Origin: a virus
Lineage: Duplodnaviria; Caudoviricetes
Virus record (IMG/VR): IMGVR_UViG_3300020044_005901
Location: 1 to 31,259 of that record
DNA: 31,259 nucleotides
Direction: 5' to 3' (one strand)
Shown here: in pieces, positions 24,178-31,259 of the stretch
How positions within the stretch are numbered: position 1 is the first letter of the stretch
Layout: the number at the start of each line of letters is the position of its first letter
Position numbers and translations under genes: made by a program
The notes under the pieces: model-generated
What the model saw: only the letters and a program-made list of their open reading frames with translations
What the model was told of the DNA's origin: nothing
Databases searched by the model: none

Positions 24178-24681
24178 ATGTTGACACAGGAATATTTGAG
24201 AGACGTTTTGACCTACGAACCAGATACAGGTTTTTTTAGATGGAAAAAAGCACGATCATCCCAATCAAAAGTTGGAGGTATTGCTGGATGGGATTGTGGT
24301 CAAGGATATTTGAGAATAAGACTTGAAAAGAAAGATTACAAAGTTCATCGTTTGGCTTGGTTCTACATGACAGGCGAATGGCCGAAAAACCAAATAGATC
24401 ATAAAGATGGAGTGCGGTCTAATAACGCTTGGAATAATTTAAGAGAAGCAACTCATAAACAAAACATGGAAAATTTTCCTGTAAAGATAAATAATAAATC
24501 AGGATTTCTTGGCGTGTTTCTTTTCAAAAAATCAAAAAAATGGGGCGCTCAAGTTACGCACAATAGAAAAAAATTTCATTTAGGGTCTTTTTTAACAGCA
24601 GAAGAAGCCAGCAATGCTGTAACAAAAAAACGTGCCGAACTTTACACCCACTACACTGGCCGCGATCAAAAAAATGTGTGA
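24178..24681 (+). CDS. HNH homing endonuclease with AP2-like domain
   Basis: MLTQEYLRDVLTYEPDTG.FRW...HRLAWFYMTGEWP...IDHKDG.RSNN...NLREATHKQN...SGFLGV...HLGSF.TAEEA. Confidence 0.92.
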   Translation: MLTQEYLRDVLTYEPDTGFFRWKKARSSQSKVGGIAGWDCGQGYLRIRLEKKDYKVHRLAWFYMTGEWPKNQIDHKDGVRSNNAWNNLREATHKQNMENFPVKINNKSGFLGVFLFKKSKKWGAQVTHNRKKFHLGSFLTAEEASNAVTKKRAELYTHYTGRDQKNV

Positions 24682-24692
24682 ACTTGTCAATC

Positions 24693-24725
24693 TGTCAGGT
24701 TCTTGTAAGAATTAAGCCTTAACCT
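24693..24725 (+). promoter_or_regulatory. GTMAG-box promoter of the micropeptide cassette
   Basis: TGTCAG-GTTCTT-GTAAG-N10-TAACCT. Confidence 0.7.
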
Positions 24726-24751
24726 TCAACTCCCTTTAACTGAAAGTCTCT

Positions 24752-24880
24752 ATGAAAAAACTTTTCACTGCAATCGTTCTTACCGTTTCTGCAACCGCTT
24801 TTGCCGCTTGCCCAGTGTATTCGCCTTACGGTTGTACTCAGACAATCGGTGGTAAGCAACTTTGTGGCTGCGGTCGTTAA
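24752..24880 (+). CDS. Secreted cysteine-rich micropeptide (42 aa)
   Basis: Not in the track. MKKLFTAIVLTVSATAFA|ACPVYSPYGCTQTIGGKQLCGCGR has a classic Sec signal peptide and a 24-aa mature part with 4 Cys. Confidence 0.75.
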   Translation: MKKLFTAIVLTVSATAFAACPVYSPYGCTQTIGGKQLCGCGR

Positions 24881-24884
24881 CAAC

Positions 24885-24908
24885 AAAAAAACCCCCGCAA
24901 TTGGGGCT
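24885..24908 (-). terminator. Intrinsic terminator (minus strand) after the ejection-protein genes
   Basis: Minus strand GCCCC-AATTGC-GGGGG-TTTTTTT. Confidence 0.55.
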
Positions 24909-24915
24909 AATTTAT

Positions 24916-25023
24916 ATGTTTTTTGCACTTGTTATTCTGTTGATCGCACTACTCTTTAGCGTGTTTGGATGGGCGGGAGTTGTTGTTCCCGCCATCCTTT
25001 GTGCTTTGTTTGTACGCGATTAG
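24916..25023 (+). CDS. Hydrophobic membrane micropeptide (35 aa)
   Basis: Not in the track. MFFALVILLIALLFSVFGWAGVVVPAILCALFVRD. It ends tail-to-tail with 25020. Confidence 0.5.
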   Translation: MFFALVILLIALLFSVFGWAGVVVPAILCALFVRD

Positions 25024-26357
25024 TCAGCCGCCATTACGGGCGCACTACGGTAAACGCCTTGGCGCAATGCCTCAATCAGTGCATTGTTTTCCTCTGGTCG
25101 CATAGCGTTAGCGCCACGTGCTGCCAAAGACTTAAGCAAAGCACTTCGATCAGCCAACATTGCTGCAAGCTGTGACGGATTTGTGGATAGACCTGCAATG
25201 CCAACAGGGTTGCGGTTGTCGTCCATCATTGCCCTGCGTCCCGTGACCTTCAACGCTTTAATCAGTTCGCTTTGCTTGGCATTTAGTGGGCCAACTTCAG
25301 GCACTGCTTCTGCAATAGCTTCTTTCAAGCCACGAGCCAAACCTTTTTGCGCTTCGGTTTCTGCGCTACCCAGTTGACCGTATTTCTTTTCAAGCACCTT
25401 GTAAGTGCCTTGTTTAAGTTTTTGGGCCAGTTCTACGGGTATGTCTTGCCCCGTAATCATTGGATGTTGTGCAAAGTCAGCGCCCACGTTTTGAATGGCA
25501 GCAATGTCTGAAGTAGGGCTTACTTGATTGACAAAACGCCCTTCAACATCTTGAAGCGCACCCAATACCTTGTCTTTGTTTACTGTTTTACCCGATCCAG
25601 CAATCAAATCAGAGATTTCCTGATCTACCCCTTGAACCATGCCTTTGAGCTTGTCAGCGCCGCCTTGAGTGGCGTTAATGCCGTATTTCAACAGTGTATC
25701 AATAGCGACTTTTGCCTCTCCTGATTTTTGTTGTGCAAGTGTTGGTTTAAGTGCGCTTTGCATCAACCGTTCAGGGCTAACCATGCTGCCAGCCGCTGTA
25801 ATTGCACGGCCAGCAAAAGGCAAAGCACCGCCAATCGCCGCACCCGTGCCAGCATCTTCGGTGTTAATCAATGAAGAAGCAGCACCACCCGTAGCCGCAC
25901 CACCCGCCGCACGAGTAGCAAGATTTCCACCACTCATGCCGCCAGATCGCAAAGCTTGAATCAACCCAGACGCTTTTTGGGCAGCACCTGGAATTATGCC
26001 GACACCTTTTGCCAAAGCGCCGCCTATTGGAAGCGTACTGGCAATTTCAGCCGCCAACTCACCGCCACCGGCAGTCATTGGGTTAGCTTCTTTGTATGGT
26101 GCAACTTCGCTTTTCAGCTTTTCTTTGCCCATTGCCGCGTCTTTTTGCAGCCATTGCCCGACGGAATCAGCGCCGAGCTTTTCCAAGCCCATGCCAACAA
26201 GGTTTTGTGCGCCCAAGGCTACGTTGCCCACACCAGAGCCTAGGCCAGCGCCTAGTGACTCCAAATAGCCTTTTTGGGCCTTTGGTGCGCCTTTTAAATA
26301 GGCATCAGGGTCAAATGCTGGCGCTTGCGCCAAGTAAGCATCAGGATCAAATGCCAT
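25020..26357 (-). CDS. Internal virion / DNA-ejection protein
   Basis: 445 aa, Gly/Ala-rich helical, with an N-terminal FDPDAYL repeat. It lies between the nozzle and fibre genes. Confidence 0.65.
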   Translation of the reverse strand: MAFDPDAYLAQAPAFDPDAYLKGAPKAQKGYLESLGAGLGSGVGNVALGAQNLVGMGLEKLGADSVGQWLQKDAAMGKEKLKSEVAPYKEANPMTAGGGELAAEIASTLPIGGALAKGVGIIPGAAQKASGLIQALRSGGMSGGNLATRAAGGAATGGAASSLINTEDAGTGAAIGGALPFAGRAITAAGSMVSPERLMQSALKPTLAQQKSGEAKVAIDTLLKYGINATQGGADKLKGMVQGVDQEISDLIAGSGKTVNKDKVLGALQDVEGRFVNQVSPTSDIAAIQNVGADFAQHPMITGQDIPVELAQKLKQGTYKVLEKKYGQLGSAETEAQKGLARGLKEAIAEAVPEVGPLNAKQSELIKALKVTGRRAMMDDNRNPVGIAGLSTNPSQLAAMLADRSALLKSLAARGANAMRPEENNALIEALRQGVYRSAPVMAAD

Positions 26358-27727
26358 TAGCGGCCTCCAAGTCGTTGCAAGATAGCTTTAGAGCGTGGAT
26401 CATTGGGGTTTTGTTGCGCCCACTGCATTGCTGCTGCGTCTTGAGGATTAGCAGCACCAGCCGGAGGTTTTGCTGCATCAGCAGGTGGTTTAGCCAAGCC
26501 AAGCCCAAACATTTTGTCCAAGTTAGCCAAAGCAGAACGGTTAGCCTCAACCGTCAATGTTGGGTCTGTCGCTGCCTTCAAATACAGTTGCATTTCAGCA
26601 TTACTGTTCATCTGTGATGCAGTCATGCCTGTCGCATCTTTAATAAGGTTCAACAACAAAGGTCGAGTCTGTTCAATTTCTTGACGTTGACGTTGGTTTT
26701 GAGTGCCCAATGCCCCGCCAACCGCTTGACCAACAGCAGTCGAACCCAATCGAGCACCAAGGTTAGACAAGCCGCCCTGTGCTGTGCTAGTAATGCCACC
26801 ACCCTGTTCGAGCGCGGTATAACTGTTATTCAATTGTTGAACAACACCAGACAATTGATCTTTAGCTTGCGCCTTGGTTTTTTCCTTTTGCAAGTTTCCA
26901 GCCGCTTGTGGGTTATACAAAGGCAAGCCCTGCGATTGTGACTGAGGCACTGTAACTGCTTCACCATTGGGGCCAAGAACAGTAACCATGCGTTCAGGAC
27001 GATTAGCCACTGCAAATTGCTGCATTTGGCGCTGATTTTCCATCATCATTTGACGGTTTTCGGCTTGGGCTGCAAGTCTTTCTTGCTGACTCAAACGCTG
27101 ATCTTCAGCACGGCGATTCAATTCATCCATTCGTTGTTGACGAGCCAATTGAGCTTCTTGCGCCCTGAATGCACGGTTGTCCATGCGCTCTTGTTTTTGA
27201 GCTTCCATTTGTGGCACTTGAGCCATGCCTTGGATTCCCATTTGACGAATCATTGGCGATTGACTTGCAGCAGCCAAAAAATAAGCGGCCATTGGATCGC
27301 CTGGCTTTGCAGCTTGCGCCGGAACCGTATAGCCACCACCAGATACAGCTTCACCACCATCTAATCCCAAAGGATCTGCCACTGGTGCACCTTGTTGTGC
27401 AGGGCCAGCGGCTTGGAATTCTGGTTGTGCAGGTGTACCGCGCAAAGCTGAAACAAAGGCGCTCAAGTCTTTTGTTTCGGCTTCACGGCGTTTACCCTGC
27501 AAGTCTGCAAGTTCTTTGCGGACGTTTTCTTCACCGCGTTGAGCGCCGTACGCCCTGAGTCCCTCAGCTAAATAATTCAGCGGATTTGTAGCCACATACC
27601 GATTCCCAACCATTTCACCGGCTTTAGGCATGTTTAATTGTTGTTGCTGTGCGTATCGTCCACGCCGTTGCATCAACTCTAATTGAGCAGCCTCGAAATC
27701 AGTAGGTGTAACCATTAGTGCAGCCAT
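26357..27727 (-). CDS. Internal virion / DNA-ejection protein
   Basis: 456 aa, Gln/Ala-rich coiled coil. Call also rests on synteny. Confidence 0.65.
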   Translation of the reverse strand: MAALMVTPTDFEAAQLELMQRRGRYAQQQQLNMPKAGEMVGNRYVATNPLNYLAEGLRAYGAQRGEENVRKELADLQGKRREAETKDLSAFVSALRGTPAQPEFQAAGPAQQGAPVADPLGLDGGEAVSGGGYTVPAQAAKPGDPMAAYFLAAASQSPMIRQMGIQGMAQVPQMEAQKQERMDNRAFRAQEAQLARQQRMDELNRRAEDQRLSQQERLAAQAENRQMMMENQRQMQQFAVANRPERMVTVLGPNGEAVTVPQSQSQGLPLYNPQAAGNLQKEKTKAQAKDQLSGVVQQLNNSYTALEQGGGITSTAQGGLSNLGARLGSTAVGQAVGGALGTQNQRQRQEIEQTRPLLLNLIKDATGMTASQMNSNAEMQLYLKAATDPTLTVEANRSALANLDKMFGLGLAKPPADAAKPPAGAANPQDAAAMQWAQQNPNDPRSKAILQRLGGR

Positions 27728-27736
27728 TTTTTCACC

Positions 27737-28660
27737 TTATCCAAATATGCTAAATAAGCCTTTAGGCCCAGAAAAAGTGCCAGCCGGAGACATCAAGCCA
27801 GCAGCACCAAGACCCATCAAGCCACCCATCATGCTGGAATTCGCAGCTTGATCTGCGTTGTAGCCAGCCATTTGAGCGTTATATTGCTGATTAGCGGCAC
27901 TTAAGAGGTCAGGGCCTGCTGTATTGGCTTGTTGAGCGAACCCTTGGAACGTGGGGTTTTGCACTTGGCTTCCGCTGCGCAAAGCCGAAATCAAGTCCAA
28001 TGGTCGAGATTGTGCTGTATAAGCCTCATTAAGCGCGGACGCACGGTTAGCCTGATCCAAATTTATTCCTTGGAGTGCGGCTTGTAGCCTTAAATCCGTA
28101 CCTTTTTGCCCCAAAAGCCCCATCTCGCGGCCATAAGCTGTAGACCCAATTTGAATTCCCTGGTTAGCTAATCGTGTCCGCAGTGCTTCATCTTCACGCT
28201 GAAGATTTGGTTCAATACGCGACAAAAGGGCTTCTTGGGCTGTTTTGCCAATGTCAATCCCGCGCTGTGGCAGCAAACTTTCGTCAATCTGTGGATTCTC
28301 AAAAGTAGATCGAGCTTTGTCAAAGCCAATACCAGCTGTTTCCGCATACTTATCAGACAACGCCATGTTTTTGTCTAGCGTTGCCTGAGCTTGAGGAGTC
28401 AAATCCATTGTCTGAGTCCAACCAGCACCCGTTTCTTTGCCCTCTGCATCGTATTGAGGCGTGTAGTTGTAGTTCAGCGAACCATATGGTGTGACCTGGT
28501 TAATACGGTTAGCTTTGATCGTGTATTCCGCCGCCTCACGATTACCGGCAGCAGTTTCTTTTGCTGCCGCTTGATAGTCTGGAGCTGGTGGTGGATCAGA
28601 CTTACCGGGATAAACACGAATCCCAGATTGGTAACCAGAGAATTTAGATGGAATCAGCAT
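27737..28660 (-). CDS. DNA pilot/ejection protein
   Basis: GKSDPPPAPDY..AA...NRINQVTPYGSL, an Asn/Gln-rich helix and a C-terminal Gly-rich hydrophobic segment. Confidence 0.65.
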   Translation of the reverse strand: MLIPSKFSGYQSGIRVYPGKSDPPPAPDYQAAAKETAAGNREAAEYTIKANRINQVTPYGSLNYNYTPQYDAEGKETGAGWTQTMDLTPQAQATLDKNMALSDKYAETAGIGFDKARSTFENPQIDESLLPQRGIDIGKTAQEALLSRIEPNLQREDEALRTRLANQGIQIGSTAYGREMGLLGQKGTDLRLQAALQGINLDQANRASALNEAYTAQSRPLDLISALRSGSQVQNPTFQGFAQQANTAGPDLLSAANQQYNAQMAGYNADQAANSSMMGGLMGLGAAGLMSPAGTFSGPKGLFSIFG

Positions 28661-29063
28661 ACTTACCCTTCAGATATTTACATTCGTCCTTAAACAGACG
28701 GTACAGCAACAAATCAGAGTCAAGGGTAGCTTGTTCTAGCCTTGATTCTAAGACAAAACCCATATGTTCGACAAGTTTTTGACTCTTGACATTCTTTCCG
28801 TCAATTGGAACCGTGATGCGTCTAACCTTCAATTGATTAAACGGGTAATCAAAGATAACCGCAAGAAACCTACGATCAGCCCAATTCCCATCACCAGCGA
28901 TATGGCAGACTACATTAGCCCCATTAAAGTCCTCATAAAGAACCCCGGCGACCAGTTTTCCGTCTACCACTTTCCCAATTGCTTGGCCTCTACCATCACA
29001 CCATGACCCGCCTGTTTTCTTGGAAACCCACGGGCCAACGATAGAAGCGTCAAAAATCAACAT
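28644..29063 (-). CDS. GNAT-fold virion-module protein
   Basis: AIG...GKLVAGVLYE...IFDYPFNQLKVRRIT...N.KSQKLVEHMGF.LE acetyltransferase-like pattern, after the nozzle gene. Confidence 0.75.
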   Translation of the reverse strand: MLIFDASIVGPWVSKKTGGSWCDGRGQAIGKVVDGKLVAGVLYEDFNGANVVCHIAGDGNWADRRFLAVIFDYPFNQLKVRRITVPIDGKNVKSQKLVEHMGFVLESRLEQATLDSDLLLYRLFKDECKYLKGKYADSI

Positions 29064-30583
29064 CAGTAATTCAGCACGTTGCCGTGGTTATATACATAAC
29101 TCACGTTCATGAACCGCACATCAGAGCCATTGTTTTGAATCTTTAACCGTAGGGCCGCAGTGTTAGCCACCGCACCGACTGTATGCCAACCACCAGTAAT
29201 AGGTTGCAGTCCACCACCCCAAATCATTGAGTCAGTGCCCCAAACCATTTGGCCCCAAATCATGCCAGAGGGCACGTTGTAGTTAAACTGGCCTTCAGGT
29301 TCCAATTGTTGGAAGTCAGGGCACAAACCGTATTTGATTGAAGGGTTGCCCGTACTAAACAAGTAGGGCTTGACCATCGTGAAATACTTGTTAGCCGCCT
29401 TGTCACCAAAGTATTGGAAAGACACAATTACATCAGCATTAATGGTTGCTGTGTTGTCCAGATAACCAGTCCAAGCCCGAACAATCTTTGTCCCAGAGCC
29501 AAAGTAAAGACCAGACAAAGAATGAAGCCAAACCGTAGCATTCCAGCCAGTAAATTTAGCCCATGAGCCTGTAATCGTGTTTTGAACGTATTGGTAATTT
29601 GCACCGTTACCCGCAGGTACGTTCAAAATGACCATGTTCAGGTCTTCAAACAAACACAGTTGCCAGCCGAAATTCTGAGAATATGAATCGGCATCAGCAC
29701 TGACTGAGTTCTGAATCTTGTCGGTAATCGCCACCGTTGAATCAGCCGTGACAGACTGAAGCGAACGGGTCAAAGGCATCACACCTTCAACACAGTTGAT
29801 TAAAAGGTCGCCAGCGTACTTAATCCCGCATCTACGGCCCAACGGCACACCCAACGAAAAAACACCAACCAAGCGCCAATCAGCAGCACTTGAAGGGTCT
29901 GTTCCACTGTAAACAGCAACCTCGCCTTTGGACGAAATGACAACTAGGTGATCGTCCGAGCCTTGTCCAGCGTCTAAAGTCCATGTGTAGATGGCATTGA
30001 CGTAACCACCTTTTTTAAACACTGCACCCAAAGGATAAGCCGCCGTATTCCCACCAATACTTTGAACTGGCAGATAGTGAATCTCAGCCGAATTCTTCTC
30101 AACAAAGAACAACCGATTTTTGAACAAGCAAACGTGAACCAAATCAGCAGGGTTTGCATGGTTAACCGACATTGCCGACCATGTTGTCCCGTTGTAGACC
30201 CTTGGCGCATCAGCACCGTTGCACATCACCAGAAAAGACCCTCCCGGGGTCGTAATCATGGTTTCTTGCCAACGAGCGTTAGACATTCCAGAAACCACAG
30301 GGGAACCAACTACACCAGCAGTCGTAACGTCATAAATAGCCGTACCAGCAGCCGCAAAGAGTTTAGCCCCGCCTGACTCTGGGTTGTACTCTACCAATGT
30401 CTCTACAGTCGCAGGAAGGCCAGTTACATGGTCTTGCGAACCCTTGCGAATGCCGACATAAGAGGTGTATGGAAACCAGTTTTCTAGAACGACCGCCTCG
30501 TTTGGCTTTTGCTCTACAAACGATGTCCGATCGTTCAATCCGCCTGTCGGGCTAGGCATCGATGTATGTTTTGCACTGGGCAT
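29063..30583 (-). CDS. Tail nozzle / packaged-DNA stabilization protein (P22 gp10-like)
   Basis: PSPTGGLN...A..LENWFP...IRKG start, beta-propeller-like body (FKNRLFF, GEVAVYSGTDP), and synteny. Confidence 0.75.
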   Translation of the reverse strand: MPSAKHTSMPSPTGGLNDRTSFVEQKPNEAVVLENWFPYTSYVGIRKGSQDHVTGLPATVETLVEYNPESGGAKLFAAAGTAIYDVTTAGVVGSPVVSGMSNARWQETMITTPGGSFLVMCNGADAPRVYNGTTWSAMSVNHANPADLVHVCLFKNRLFFVEKNSAEIHYLPVQSIGGNTAAYPLGAVFKKGGYVNAIYTWTLDAGQGSDDHLVVISSKGEVAVYSGTDPSSAADWRLVGVFSLGVPLGRRCGIKYAGDLLINCVEGVMPLTRSLQSVTADSTVAITDKIQNSVSADADSYSQNFGWQLCLFEDLNMVILNVPAGNGANYQYVQNTITGSWAKFTGWNATVWLHSLSGLYFGSGTKIVRAWTGYLDNTATINADVIVSFQYFGDKAANKYFTMVKPYLFSTGNPSIKYGLCPDFQQLEPEGQFNYNVPSGMIWGQMVWGTDSMIWGGGLQPITGGWHTVGAVANTAALRLKIQNNGSDVRFMNVSYVYNHGNVLNY

Positions 30584-30592
30584 AACTTGGCC

Positions 30593-30697
30593 TTATTTTT
30601 GTTGCCGTAACGCATAGTTAGCAAGCAAAACAAGCATCCAGAGCGTGGCAAATGGATGCTGTTTTACAAAGCCAAATATTGCTTTAAGCCAATTCAT
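30593..30697 (-). CDS. Small hydrophobic protein (34 aa)
   Basis: Not in the track. MNWLKAIFGFVKQHPFATLWMLVLLANYALRQQK, with an ATGA overlap. It fills the gap. Confidence 0.55.
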   Translation of the reverse strand: MNWLKAIFGFVKQHPFATLWMLVLLANYALRQQK

Positions 30698-30993
30698 TTA
30701 ACAGCCCGGCGAACTGCATCAGCTAATGCACGTGGCGTATACGCCGCACTACCCAACGCCTGACCCAAGCCAAGACCAATTGCCGATGGTAAACCCTCAT
30801 CAACTTGCGGCGTAATGCCTTGGCCCTTGAGCCAGTCAGTGCCTCCAACAGGCATATCACCAATAGGCAAACCAGCTTTGCGAAGTAACCAGGCAGCACC
30901 ATCAACAGGCTCACCCACAACAGCATTTGCCACGCCGTTTGAGGTTGATTGCACTCCATCTCGTAGAGCCTTAATAAGTTGGCTTTTGTCCAT
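30694..30993 (-). CDS. Hypothetical virion-module protein
   Basis: 99 aa with a GAGG RBS and a G.PVD...WLLR..G.P...PVGG.DW motif. Confidence 0.65.
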   Translation of the reverse strand: MDKSQLIKALRDGVQSTSNGVANAVVGEPVDGAAWLLRKAGLPIGDMPVGGTDWLKGQGITPQVDEGLPSAIGLGLGQALGSAAYTPRALADAVRRAVK

Positions 30994-31001
30994 TTTTTTC
31001 C

Positions 31002-31259
31002 TCAGTTACCAGGGTACGAACCATCGACCATATTACGGTCTGTCAACAACAAAGAACCAGCAAACGCACCAGTCGAAAGCACAGGCGCACTCTTGTTCGT
31101 TGATTTCTCTTGCTCCAACAGATAGCGGAACTCACCCAAGCTAAACGATGCGTCCAGCCCTTTGGCTACCATCCATTGACTTTTCAATCCAGTAATCAGC
31201 AAAGAATCCGAAAACACAAACGTGTCTGTATCGGCTGTAACTTCTACTTTTGACGTACC
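31002..31259 (-). CDS. Head-tail adaptor (tail tubular protein A-like), C-terminal part
   Basis: The frame is open to the window edge: GTSKVEVTADTDTFVFSDSLLITGLKSQWMVAKGLD...DGSYPGN. The ADTD...D.L...GLK....AKG pattern and position before the nozzle support the call. Confidence 0.7.
   Translation of the reverse strand, partial: GTSKVEVTADTDTFVFSDSLLITGLKSQWMVAKGLDASFSLGEFRYLLEQEKSTNKSAPVLSTGAFAGSLLLTDRNMVDGSYPGN

Noticed and set aside
24719-24928. Minus-strand 69-aa ORF
   Set aside because: It crosses a terminator and is antisense to the better-supported signal-peptide ORF at 24752-24880.
24967-24997. Hairpin GGATGGGCGGGA/TCCCGCCATCC
   Set aside because: It could be a terminator or processing stem, but it lies in the putative micropeptide ORF and has only a short T-run. 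I cannot assign it.
1-31259. Alternative genetic code, introns or inteins
   Set aside because: Core genes (terL, portal, helicase, nozzle) are uninterrupted and of ordinary length under the standard code, and the HNH genes are intergenic.

Overview
This window is about 31 kb of a tailed dsDNA bacteriophage genome with a short-tailed, P22/podovirus-like virion module. The gene content and small-gene repertoire suggest a betaproteobacterial, possibly freshwater, host, but that is inference only. The window appears to be cut inside the morphogenesis region. The left end holds the 5' part of a scaffolding gene and the right end holds the 3' part of a head-tail adaptor gene, so the capsid gene lies outside. 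The leftward arm (minus strand, from about 17.1 kb) runs MazG-like NTP pyrophosphohydrolase, small HTH genes, replication initiator, DnaB-like helicase, a nin-like region with NinG, terS, terL, portal, an accessory cluster (membrane proteins plus a 953-aa fibre-like protein) and the scaffold. The rightward arm (plus strand, 17.8-21.0 kb) has many small genes, an ERF annealase and an SSB-like protein. The right third (minus strand) has the adaptor, nozzle, a GNAT-like virion protein, three ejection proteins, the tail fibre, holin and an M15 endolysin. Three HNH homing-endonuclease genes are inserted on the plus strand. I see no integrase, CI-like repressor, tRNA or CRISPR array. Four unannotated signals stand out. 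(1) Nine copies of a promoter architecture GT(C/A)AG-N6-GTAAG-N10-(-10 box) point to an activator-dependent regulon. (2) Three genes are built from near-identical 14-33 bp in-frame DNA linkers alternating with unrelated variable segments, a possible combinatorial gene-shuffling system. (3) There are four structured non-coding RNA candidates, three with loop-loop or loop-RBS complementarity. (4) An antisense cassette encodes a secreted 4-Cys micropeptide and a membrane micropeptide. All product calls come from motif recognition and synteny. No database searches were run.
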